Origin: a virus
Taxonomy: Duplodnaviria > Caudoviricetes
DNA length: 64,000 bases
IMG/VR virus record: IMGVR_UViG_3300021964_009400
Direction: 5' to 3' (one strand)
Shown one piece after another: positions 47,378 to 56,444 of this stretch; positions within the stretch are counted from its first letter, which is position 1; each line of letters opens with the position of its first letter. The notes under the pieces were generated by a model that saw nothing but the letters and a program-made list of their open reading frames with translations, searched no databases and was not told the origin of the DNA. A program made the translations under genes and the position numbers.

Positions 47378-49608
47378 TGATAAACAAATTAAATACATTA
47401 ATAGAAAAAAAAAGAGGTAATATACTCTTTCAGACACCGCTTGATACTAATCTTGAAGTATTTGGTAGATTAGGACAGGGTTTGTATGCTTGGACATATC
47501 GAGACCAATATTTAAGTGGTAAGTTTAAACCAAAGTTTGGTCAATATGGTACATATTCAAACGAAGGTTCAACTCCACAAGAAACAATATCTGGTTATGT
47601 TGGAACTACCACCGATGCAATTGTTATTTTATGGGCAATCAGATTATCAGATGAACAAATTCAAAAATACGGTACAGCATACCAGATAGAACAGAAAGTA
47701 GGACCACATTTGGGTAAAAAAAGTAAATTTGGTTCATCTACTGAGGTATTTGAAACAGATGTTGAAACTATTCAAGAATTGGTAAATTCAATTCTTTATC
47801 CAAGTGAATTTGAAACTTTTTGGAATGTTCGTAAAGAAACATATTTACCTCGTTTAAGACAAGAAGAAGCAATTAAATTATTTGAACAATATTATTTAGC
47901 AAATAAGCTATCATCAAAAAGACAATCACTTGATTTTCTTCTTGGTGCAGTTATGAGATTTGGTAAAAACTTTACTTTTCTTGAAATGGCACGAAAAATT
48001 GTTAAAAAAGGAGGTAATGTTTTAATGATTACAAGTAGACCCGATGTATTTGAATCACTTAAAACCGATGTTAATTCTCATGTAAACTATAATGGTTGGA
48101 TTTATGATGAACTTAAAGATAAGAAGTATAATTGGAAACCATCAAATGAACGAGTAAATGTACTTGCAGTTAGTACACAACTTCTTCTTCATAAAACCCA
48201 CCGAAAAAATTTAGTAAAAATGTTATCTCAATATGATTGGGATATTCGAGGTGTTGATGAAGCTGACACTGCAATGTTAACCGAACTATCAACCGAACTT
48301 CTTGAAAAACTTCCATCCTCTGTTACGATTTGGATTACAGGAACACCTTGGAAGTTACTTTCAACTGGTAAATTTACCCCACACAATTCTTATATTTACG
48401 ATTACATTCAACAACAAGAAGATAAGAAACTTGGTATTGATAAAAGAGCTATATCTCTTGATTGGTATTGTATGGAAGTATTTGATAAAATTAAAGAACA
48501 ACAAAAGTGGTATTCCGATGAAGAAGGATTTACTTTGACAAAGTTATTTTCGTGGAATAAAGAAACTAAAAGATTTATTCACGAGGGGGATGTAACTACT
48601 TTTTTACAATGTGTATTTGGGATAATTCCTAAAACGAGTTTTTCACCCTACAAACTTATACCAGAATTACAACATACTTTTTGGGTATTACCTCCTAATT
48701 CTGATGCAGTTATTCATCTGAAATCTTTAATTGAAAAAGTAACAAATGGAGAGTATCAAGTATTTGCTGCAACTGGTAGTGAGACAGATGATATTTCTGA
48801 AGTTAAAGATTTTTTAAAATTAAATAAAGATAAAAAATCAATAGTACTATCACTTAGTAGATTTACACGAGGTTCAACTGTACCAGAATGGGATGCTACC
48901 TTTTTCTTAAATGATACCGAATCTGCTGAGTTTTATTTTCAAACAGCATTTAGACCAACATCTCCAAAAGATGGTAAAGAAAAAGGATATGTTTTTGATT
49001 TCAATCCAAACAGAACTTTAGTGATGTTGGCTGAATATTCAAGATATTCTGCTCAACAAAGAGGTATTAAAAATCCAAATGAAATTTTAAGACAATATCT
49101 CGATAATTTTAATGTTTATGGTGTTGACGGTGGAGTTGAATTTAAGAAAAAAACATTAGAAGATGTATTATCAGCTATTAGAGATTCAGACTATAATTCA
49201 AAAACTTTAAGAAACTCAGGCCACGATTATGTTATGTTAGATAAAATCTCTGAAAAATTATTTCAAATGATTATGGGATTGGACAAAGAAAAAAGTCGTA
49301 AACTTAAACTTGAAATCACATCTTCAAAAGAATTTATGAAAAAAGGTAAAAATTTAAAACATCTTTCAGAATCAGAAAGAAAACCTTTTGATAAAACTAA
49401 AAGAGATATTATTTCAAGAATAGCAACTTTAATGAGTAGATTGCCTATTATATGTGAACTTGGTTATGAAACAGTTGAAGATATTTTAGAAAATCTACCA
49501 GATAACTTATTTTATGGGGCAACAAAAACTGAAAAATCAGTTTTAAAGTTGTTAGTAAAAGAAAATATAATTGATACATACAAAGTAAATCTTCAACTTG
49601 TACGATAA
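47377..49608 (+). CDS. Restriction-type SF2 helicase/ATPase (ResIII-like) with an N-terminal T5orf172/GIY-YIG-like region
   Basis: Walker A variant AVMRFGKNFT, Walker B GVDEAD, motif III ITGTP, C-terminal TRGSTVPEWD..YFQTAFRP. Confidence 0.75.
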   Translation: MINKLNTLIEKKRGNILFQTPLDTNLEVFGRLGQGLYAWTYRDQYLSGKFKPKFGQYGTYSNEGSTPQETISGYVGTTTDAIVILWAIRLSDEQIQKYGTAYQIEQKVGPHLGKKSKFGSSTEVFETDVETIQELVNSILYPSEFETFWNVRKETYLPRLRQEEAIKLFEQYYLANKLSSKRQSLDFLLGAVMRFGKNFTFLEMARKIVKKGGNVLMITSRPDVFESLKTDVNSHVNYNGWIYDELKDKKYNWKPSNERVNVLAVSTQLLLHKTHRKNLVKMLSQYDWDIRGVDEADTAMLTELSTELLEKLPSSVTIWITGTPWKLLSTGKFTPHNSYIYDYIQQQEDKKLGIDKRAISLDWYCMEVFDKIKEQQKWYSDEEGFTLTKLFSWNKETKRFIHEGDVTTFLQCVFGIIPKTSFSPYKLIPELQHTFWVLPPNSDAVIHLKSLIEKVTNGEYQVFAATGSETDDISEVKDFLKLNKDKKSIVLSLSRFTRGSTVPEWDATFFLNDTESAEFYFQTAFRPTSPKDGKEKGYVFDFNPNRTLVMLAEYSRYSAQQRGIKNPNEILRQYLDNFNVYGVDGGVEFKKKTLEDVLSAIRDSDYNSKTLRNSGHDYVMLDKISEKLFQMIMGLDKEKSRKLKLEITSSKEFMKKGKNLKHLSESERKPFDKTKRDIISRIATLMSRLPIICELGYETVEDILENLPDNLFYGATKTEKSVLKLLVKENIIDTYKVNLQLVR

Positions 49609-50840
49609 TGGAAATTAGAACACGAGAACAATATATTAGTTACATAAGAAGAACATCAACTATCCCTACTGGACAAGATGGTTCTACTCCCATTAAAGTA
49701 ATTGAAGAAATGGTAAATAAATTACCAATAGATTGGTCAAATCCTAATTTAAAAATCCTAGACCCAGGGTTTGGATTTGGTGGTTATTTATTCTTTGTAT
49801 ATTTAAAATTAATTCAATATCATTCAGAAGAACACATATTAAATAATATGTTATATGGTATAGAAATTGAAGATTTTAGATTTGAACTTGTTAATCATAA
49901 ATTAAAAATAAAAAATCTAATTAAAGGAGATTTTTTAGATAATAAAATATTTAAAAATATGAATTTTGATGTAATACTTGGAAACCCACCATATCAAGAA
50001 ACCAGTAAGACGGGTGGTGTTCAACCAAAAGCTCATAATTTATGGAGCAAATTTATTGTTGAATCTTTAAATAATAATTTATCAACAGGTGGTGTTGTTT
50101 CGTTTGTAACACCGACTTCATGGGGAAGTCCTAGCAATGATGTATTTAAATTATTTAAAAAAAACAACTTAGTTTTAATCAATACTGAAATCTCTAATCA
50201 CTTTGATGTTGGTTCTACCTTTTCATATTGGATTGTTAAAAATGAAGCATATATCGGTAATACTAATATAAATGGTGTTAATTTTGATTTAAACAACTTT
50301 GACTATATTCAATCTGATATTAATAGCATATCTACTAAAATACATAAGATATTTAATGAATCACCATTTCCAAAATTTAATTGGGATGGTGATACTACTA
50401 CAAATCACTCATCTAAAAAAGAAAATCAATGGTCTGATAAATATTCTACAACTCATCCATATAAAGTATATCACACGAATGCACAATCATACTATTCAAA
50501 GATAAAATCAAAATCTCATGATGATTTTAAAGTATATCTAACTATTAGTGGGTATTACAATCCTTTATTTGATAATGGTACTATTAGTACAAGTGAAGTA
50601 GTTCCATATATAATTGTCAAATCAAAAAAAGAAGGGGAAAATTTATTAAATATTTTAAATTCTAAATTATACAAATATATTGTTAGTTCTGCCAAATGGA
50701 GTGGTTTTATAAATAAAGATATATTAAGAATTTTACCAAATATTGGAACTAATAAAGAATGGAGTGATGGTGAAATTTATAATAAGTTTGGAATAAAAAG
50801 TATTGAAGATATTAACTACATTGAAAACTATGTTGGATAA
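49608..50840 (+). CDS. N6-adenine DNA methyltransferase (Eco57I/TaqI-like, gamma class)
   Basis: Motif I ILDPGFGFGGY, LYGIEIE, motif IV FDVILGNPPY, then a TRD-like C-terminus. Confidence 0.85.
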   Translation: MEIRTREQYISYIRRTSTIPTGQDGSTPIKVIEEMVNKLPIDWSNPNLKILDPGFGFGGYLFFVYLKLIQYHSEEHILNNMLYGIEIEDFRFELVNHKLKIKNLIKGDFLDNKIFKNMNFDVILGNPPYQETSKTGGVQPKAHNLWSKFIVESLNNNLSTGGVVSFVTPTSWGSPSNDVFKLFKKNNLVLINTEISNHFDVGSTFSYWIVKNEAYIGNTNINGVNFDLNNFDYIQSDINSISTKIHKIFNESPFPKFNWDGDTTTNHSSKKENQWSDKYSTTHPYKVYHTNAQSYYSKIKSKSHDDFKVYLTISGYYNPLFDNGTISTSEVVPYIIVKSKKEGENLLNILNSKLYKYIVSSAKWSGFINKDILRILPNIGTNKEWSDGEIYNKFGIKSIEDINYIENYVG

Positions 50841-51303
50841 TTTTATTGAACATAGTAGAAATCGCTCTTATATGAGTGGTATAGAAAGAGATAAACTTCG
50901 AGTAAAAGAAACGGCTGAAGTATTTACTCCTACACCATTGGTGCAGGAAATGTTGGATAAACTTGAAGAACGAGATTCGGAACTATTTTCAAACTCAACT
51001 AAAACATTTTTAGACCCATCGTGTGGTGATGGTCAATTCCTTTCCGAAGTAGTAATCAGAAAAATGGAAAGAAGTCATTGTACTTTAGAACAAGCACTTT
51101 CTACAACTTATGGAGTAGAACTTATGGAAGATAATGTAAAGTTATGTAAAGAAAGATTGGGAGGACCAAATCCAACTGAAGAAATTTTGGATATCCTTGA
51201 TAAAAATATTGTTTGTGCAGATGCACTTACTTATCATTATAGATTCGATGAAACACCATCAGATGTAAGTGATATTGAAGTAAAATTAAATCAATTTTTA
51301 TGA
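50830..51303 (+). CDS. SAM-binding half of a DNA methyltransferase (no catalytic NPPY)
   Basis: AEVFTPTPLVQEMLD, FLDPSCGDGQF, YGVELMEDN, NIVCADAL; stops before motif IV. Confidence 0.75.
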   Translation: MLDNFIEHSRNRSYMSGIERDKLRVKETAEVFTPTPLVQEMLDKLEERDSELFSNSTKTFLDPSCGDGQFLSEVVIRKMERSHCTLEQALSTTYGVELMEDNVKLCKERLGGPNPTEEILDILDKNIVCADALTYHYRFDETPSDVSDIEVKLNQFL

Positions 51304-51310
51304 TAAAATA

Positions 51311-51383
51311 ACTCAAAAATTCGGTGTATTTTTTGAGTTTTATTATATTTATATATACACCGAGTGTTGTTAGTTTAGCACTC
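51311..51383 (+). promoter_or_regulatory. gp32 upstream region: hairpin, late-type motif, then a second hairpin
   Basis: ACTCAAAAA/TTTTTGAGT stem (51311-51338), TATATTTATA (51344), GAGTGTT/AGCACTC stem (51362-51383). Confidence 0.6.
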
Positions 51384-51436
51384 AAAATTTAAACTTAAAA
51401 TTAATTATTTATTAACAATTTAAAAATTTAAACATT

Positions 51437-52258
51437 ATGGCATTAGACATTAACGCAATCAGAAGTAGGCTGAACAAACTACAAAACACACAAAGAAAAT
51501 CAGACTCTTTGTGGAAACCTACTCCAGGTAAACATCAAGTAAGAATCGTTCCTTACAAATTCGACAAAGATAATCCATTTATCGAATTGTATTTTCACTA
51601 CAACATTAACAACAAAACTTATCTTTCACCACAATCTTTTGGTAGACCAGACCCTATTGTAGAGTTTGCAGATAAACTAAAAAGAATGGGTGATAAAGAT
51701 GATTGGAAAGCTGCAAAAGCTATGGAACCAAAGTTAAGAACTTTCGTACCTGTTGTTGTAAGAGGTGAAGAAGGTGAAGGAGTAAGATTTTGGGGATTTG
51801 GTAAAACAGTATATCAAGAAATTCTTGGATATATTGCAGATCCTGATTATGGTGATATTACCGACCCAACAAGTGGTAGAGATTTAACAATCGAGTATAA
51901 ATCAGCAGAAGAAGCTGGTACTACTTATCCAACTACTACTATTAGAGTTAAACCAAATGAAACACCAGTAAGTGAAGATGCAACAAGAGCAACTGCATTT
52001 ATTGAATCACAAACCGAAATTACAGATTTATATTCTGAATTATCTTATGATGAATTAAAATCAGTATTAGAAGGTTGGTTGAACCCAACTGCAGAAAGTG
52101 GAGGTGACTCAGTTTCTCAAGAAACTCTTTCAACTGCACCTAAAAAAGAAACAACTGTATCTCATGATATGGGAGGTTCTAAAGAAGTAACTGAAAAATC
52201 AGATTCAAAGAAAACTGATGATGTTGCTGCTGCATTTGATGATTTGTTTAACAACTAA
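51437..52258 (+). CDS. Single-stranded DNA-binding protein (T4 gp32-like)
   Basis: WKPTPGKHQVRIVP, PFIELYFHY, GVRFWGFGKTVYQEI, DITDPTSGRDL, acidic tail DDVAAAFDDLF. Confidence 0.85.
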   Translation: MALDINAIRSRLNKLQNTQRKSDSLWKPTPGKHQVRIVPYKFDKDNPFIELYFHYNINNKTYLSPQSFGRPDPIVEFADKLKRMGDKDDWKAAKAMEPKLRTFVPVVVRGEEGEGVRFWGFGKTVYQEILGYIADPDYGDITDPTSGRDLTIEYKSAEEAGTTYPTTTIRVKPNETPVSEDATRATAFIESQTEITDLYSELSYDELKSVLEGWLNPTAESGGDSVSQETLSTAPKKETTVSHDMGGSKEVTEKSDSKKTDDVAAAFDDLFNN

Positions 52259-52269
52259 TTTAAAATTAC

Positions 52270-53394
52270 ATGGCGAAAAAGAAAGCAAAAGAACTAGACC
52301 TAGCAGATATTCTAGCAGGGGAGTTGAATAAATATTCGAAAGACCAAAAGGTTGCATACTTCCTTGATTCAGATGAAGCCCCTACGAATGTAGAAGGGTG
52401 GATATCGACTGGATGTGCTATGTTAGATGTTGCCGTTTCAAATCGTCCCTATGGTGGACTACCAGTTGGTAGAATCACAGAAATTACAGGTTTAGAACAA
52501 AGTGGAAAATCATTACTATCGGCTCACTTGTTAGCGGAAACGCAGAAACAAGGTGGAGTTGCAGTATTGATTGATACTGAAACTGCAGTAAGTAGAGAAT
52601 TTTTAGAAGCAATCGGTGTTGACGTTTCTAAACTTCTTTATGTATCAGCAGATTCGGTTGAACAAATCTTTGATTTTACAGAAACTATCATTGAAAAGGT
52701 TAGAGAAACTTCGAAAGATAAAATTGTAACTATCGTAGTAGATTCAGTTGCAGCTGCATCAACAAAAACAGAATTAGCTGCAGATTACAATAAAGATGGA
52801 TATGCTACTGATAAAGCAATTATTATTTCGAAGGCAATGAGAAAGATTACCAATATGATTGGTAGACAAAAAATCTCATTAGTATTCACTAATCAACTTA
52901 GACAAAAGATGAATGCTATGCCATTCGGAGACCCATGGACTACAAGTGGTGGAAAAGCACTAGCTTTTCACGCATCTGTAAGATTGAGGTTGAAAGGTAT
53001 GGGACAAATCAAACAAAAGGTAAATGGAAATGATAGGACAGTTGGAATGAAAGTTCGTTGTCAAGTTGTAAAAAACCGTATGGGACCACCATTAAGAGCT
53101 GCTGATTTCGAAATCTATTTCGATAGAGGAATCGATAATTATGGCTCTTGGTTGAAGGTAATGAAAGAAAATAAATTAGTAAAACAAGCGGGTGCTTGGT
53201 ACACTTATGTTGATACAGATACAGGTGAGGAATTAAAATTCCAATCTAAAGATTTCATTAAGTTAATGGAAGATAGAGAGGATGTAAAAGAACAAATTTA
53301 CAAAAAAATATGTGAAGAATCTATTTTACAATATAAATCCGATACACTTGATATTGATTCAATGGAAATTGATACCGAAGGTAGCACCGAATAA
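52270..53394 (+). CDS. uvsX: RecA/UvsX recombinase
   Basis: Walker A GLEQSGKS, VVDSVAA, TNQLR, GGKALAFHASVR, VVKNRMGPP. Confidence 0.95.
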   Translation: MAKKKAKELDLADILAGELNKYSKDQKVAYFLDSDEAPTNVEGWISTGCAMLDVAVSNRPYGGLPVGRITEITGLEQSGKSLLSAHLLAETQKQGGVAVLIDTETAVSREFLEAIGVDVSKLLYVSADSVEQIFDFTETIIEKVRETSKDKIVTIVVDSVAAASTKTELAADYNKDGYATDKAIIISKAMRKITNMIGRQKISLVFTNQLRQKMNAMPFGDPWTTSGGKALAFHASVRLRLKGMGQIKQKVNGNDRTVGMKVRCQVVKNRMGPPLRAADFEIYFDRGIDNYGSWLKVMKENKLVKQAGAWYTYVDTDTGEELKFQSKDFIKLMEDREDVKEQIYKKICEESILQYKSDTLDIDSMEIDTEGSTE

Positions 53395-53405
53395 AAAAAT
53401 TAATT

Positions 53406-53633
53406 ATGGATAAAAAGTTATATACAATGTTAAAAAGTAGTGCCGAGGCTGATAAAGCCAAAGCTCTACTTTCTTTAGAACTTCTTGGGAATAAAGCAGT
53501 TGGTATTGGTGACCATTCTACTGAAGATTTCTACAAAAACGCAGAGGAAGCTCTCGTTATGTTAGTAGATGCTGATGATAGATTGAATGCATTAGAAGAT
53601 TACTTTGAAGAAGGTTTAAAAGAAGTTTTATAA
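53406..53633 (+). CDS. Small hypothetical protein
   Basis: 75 aa; VGIGDHS motif; TAATG coupling to the next gene. Confidence 0.75.
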   Translation: MDKKLYTMLKSSAEADKAKALLSLELLGNKAVGIGDHSTEDFYKNAEEALVMLVDADDRLNALEDYFEEGLKEVL

Positions 53634-54688
53634 TGAAAGAACTCTACAAAAACATTCTAGAGTCGGTTGAAAAGAACCGAGACCAAAATATCGATAGACA
53701 CAAGAATTCTCGTGTATTAATTATCGATGGTTTAAACACTTTTATCAGATGTTGGACATCTATTCCAACTTTAAATGATAATGGAGACCATGTTGGAGGT
53801 GTTACAGGTACTTTAAAATCTATTGGATACGCAATAAGACAAGTTCAACCGACTCGTGTTGTTGTAGCGTTTGATGGCCAAGGTGGTTCAAGGAATCGTA
53901 AAAAACTTTTTGAAGGTTACAAAGCTAATCGAGGAAAAAGTAAATTGAGAATGAATCGTGCATATAATGAGTTAATGAACGATGAGGAAGAACGAGAATC
54001 TATGAAAAGACAATATGTTTGGTTAAACGAATTGTTGCATGGATTACCAATTACCACTATGATATATGATGGTGTTGAAGCCGATGATATCATGGCATAT
54101 ATATCAGAACAACTTTTAAAAGAAGATGAACAAGCAGTTTTAATGTCTACTGATAAAGATTTCTTACAATTAGTAGATGAGAAAACTATTATATGGTCTC
54201 CTACTAAAAAGAAGATTTACAATCAGAAAGTAGTACAAGAAGAATATGGTTTACATCCTAATAATATGCTTATTTATAGAATTTTAGATGGAGATAAATC
54301 TGATAACATACCAGGCATATATGGGTGTGGTATTAAGACCCTTTTAAAAAGGTTTCCAGAGTTGACTGATGAACAAACTATTACAGTAGATGAGTTATTT
54401 CAATTAACTGAAAAAAAACTCGAAGAAACGAAAGGTAAAATAAAATTATATAAAGATATTTTAGCTGCCAAAAAACAAATTATTTTAAATGAAAAATTAA
54501 TGCAACTAAAAAATGTTGATATTTCAGGTTCAATAAAAATGAATGTTTTAGATAGATTTAATGAAGATATAACTCCACTTAATAAAATGAATTTTATGAA
54601 AATTTTATTAAAATATAAAGTAGTAAACAACTTTGGAGATATAAATGATTGGTTAAAAAGAACATTTGGAAACTTTATTACAAAATAA
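53633..54688 (+). CDS. rnh: 5'-3' exonuclease / RNase H (T4 rnh, PolI N-terminal-like)
   Basis: LIIDGLN, VVAFDG, YKANR, GVEADD, MSTDKDFLQL, GDKSDNIPGI.G.GIKT. Confidence 0.9.
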   Translation: MKELYKNILESVEKNRDQNIDRHKNSRVLIIDGLNTFIRCWTSIPTLNDNGDHVGGVTGTLKSIGYAIRQVQPTRVVVAFDGQGGSRNRKKLFEGYKANRGKSKLRMNRAYNELMNDEEERESMKRQYVWLNELLHGLPITTMIYDGVEADDIMAYISEQLLKEDEQAVLMSTDKDFLQLVDEKTIIWSPTKKKIYNQKVVQEEYGLHPNNMLIYRILDGDKSDNIPGIYGCGIKTLLKRFPELTDEQTITVDELFQLTEKKLEETKGKIKLYKDILAAKKQIILNEKLMQLKNVDISGSIKMNVLDRFNEDITPLNKMNFMKILLKYKVVNNFGDINDWLKRTFGNFITK

Positions 54689-54720
54689 TTTGGTAGTTTC
54701 AAATATTTTTCGTATATTTG
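54689..54720 (+). promoter_or_regulatory. Bacteroidota sigma70-type promoter
   Basis: TTTG (54689)-N20-TATATTTG (54713). Confidence 0.8.
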
Positions 54721-54742
54721 TACTTATAAATACATTTAATCA

Positions 54743-56104
54743 ATGCAGCAAGATTTAGATACTTTATCAAAATATGGTCAATCTTTTCAATCAAAGGTTG
54801 TATCTTCATTACTTACTGATGGTAAATTTTTAGATACAATATCTGAAGTTACAACTTCAAAGTTTTTTGAAAATGATGCTAATAAATGGATAGTATCTGA
54901 AATACTTGCATATCATGACGATTATAAAAAACCACCTACTCTTGATGTATTCAAAGGACAGTTATCAAAGTTAGATAATGAAATACTTAAAAAAACTATT
55001 GTTGAACAACTCAGACATGTGTTTACTCAAATAGGTAATGTAGATTTAGATTATATAAAAAATGAATTTACAGATTTCTGTATTAATCAAAATCTAAAAG
55101 GTGTTATTCTACAATCGGTTGATTTATTAAAAGCTGGAAATTACGATAGAATTAAAGATTTAGTTGATAAAGCAACTAAAATTGGACAAGATACTGATTT
55201 AGGATTGGATTATAAAGAAGATTTTGATGACCGTATGGAAGATTTAAAGCGTTCAACTGTTCCAACTAATTGGAAACCTATAAATGATTTAATGGATGGT
55301 GGATTAGGACCTGGAGAACTTGGTGTAATTGTTGCTCCTTCTGGTGTAGGTAAAACTTGGATACTTACTGCAATAGGTGCAGATGCCGTTAGAAGAGGTT
55401 TAAGTGTAGTTCATTATTCTATGGAATTATCGGAACATTATGTTGGTGCTAGATATGATACTGTATTTACTCAAATACCTTCCACCGAATTAAAGGAAAG
55501 AAAAGATGAGGTTAAATCAAAAATTCAATCATTACAAGGAAACTTACTTATTAAGTATTTTCCACCAAAGGGAGTTTCTGTTAGAAAGTTAAATCAACAT
55601 ATTGAAAAAATGATAGTTTCTGATAATAAACCTGATTTAATTATAGTAGATTATGCAGATTTACTATTATCAGATTCAAATAAAACTGATTCAACTTATG
55701 CAGAACAAGGTGGTGTTTATATTGATTTAAGAGGTATGAGTGGTGCACTTGAAATACCAGTATGGACTGCATCTCAAACCAATCGTTCGGCTATTGATTC
55801 AGAAGTTATTGAGGCTGATAAAATTGCTGATTCTTATGCAAAGGTAATGAACGCTGATTTCATTATGAGTTGGAGTAGAAAATCAAAAGATAAACTTAAT
55901 GATACTGCTCGGGCTCATATAATGAAGAACAGATTTGGACCAGATGGAATTACTTTCCCATGTAAAATGAATACCAACACAGGTTACATTGAAGTTTATG
56001 AAGGTAATTCACCAGATGGAGTAATTGCACAAAAACAAGCTGCAAGTGGTCAGTTAGAAACAAAAAAACTTTTACATAAAAAGTATGTAGAAAATATGGG
56101 TTAG
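54743..56104 (+). CDS. Replicative DnaB/gp41-type helicase
   Basis: Walker A APSGVGKT, YSMEL, IIVDYADLL, TASQTNR, IMKNRFG. Confidence 0.9.
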   Translation: MQQDLDTLSKYGQSFQSKVVSSLLTDGKFLDTISEVTTSKFFENDANKWIVSEILAYHDDYKKPPTLDVFKGQLSKLDNEILKKTIVEQLRHVFTQIGNVDLDYIKNEFTDFCINQNLKGVILQSVDLLKAGNYDRIKDLVDKATKIGQDTDLGLDYKEDFDDRMEDLKRSTVPTNWKPINDLMDGGLGPGELGVIVAPSGVGKTWILTAIGADAVRRGLSVVHYSMELSEHYVGARYDTVFTQIPSTELKERKDEVKSKIQSLQGNLLIKYFPPKGVSVRKLNQHIEKMIVSDNKPDLIIVDYADLLLSDSNKTDSTYAEQGGVYIDLRGMSGALEIPVWTASQTNRSAIDSEVIEADKIADSYAKVMNADFIMSWSRKSKDKLNDTARAHIMKNRFGPDGITFPCKMNTNTGYIEVYEGNSPDGVIAQKQAASGQLETKKLLHKKYVENMG

Positions 56105-56264
56105 TCTATCAAAAAAATTATTACACCTAAACCAATAAAAAAATTAAATGTATAAAAATAAAAATTAATTGAAAATCTATTTCGTTTTTCAATATATACT
56201 ATAATTATAAACACGACCAGATAGTTGGTCACTTCAAAAACAAAAATTAAAAAAGGAATATTTT

Positions 56265-56435
56265 ATGGCAAATTCACAAGAACTATTTGAACAAATTAAA
56301 GATTTATTCGTTCAATTTGAGGATGAACACAATGGTTCATCTAAAGCAGCTAAATCGAGAGCTAGAAAACACATCGGTGAAATCAAAAAGTTAGTAACAG
56401 ATTACAGAAAAGCGTCAGTAGAAGAAAACAAATAA
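56265..56435 (+). CDS. Histone H1-like (Hc1-type) small basic protein, not in the supplied track (56 aa)
   Basis: MANSQELFEQIKDLFVQFEDEHNGSSKAAKSRARKHIGEIKKLVTDYRKASVEENK; KAAxxRARK..E.KKL..YRKAS matches the Bacteroidota histone-H1-like family as recalled; AAGGA RBS. Confidence 0.75.
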   Translation: MANSQELFEQIKDLFVQFEDEHNGSSKAAKSRARKHIGEIKKLVTDYRKASVEENK

Positions 56436-56444
56436 GGTTATAAC

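Noticed and set aside
48302-50505. Alternate-frame + strand ORFs 48302-48538 and 50299-50505 (also 18859-19056 and 41460-42332)
   Set aside because: They are nested in well-supported genes and have no motifs or initiation signals
8691-51353. T4 late promoter TATAAATA on the minus strand (reverse complement of TATTTATA)
   Set aside because: All downstream genes are on the + strand and the motif sits just upstream of their starts, so it is better read as a + strand element
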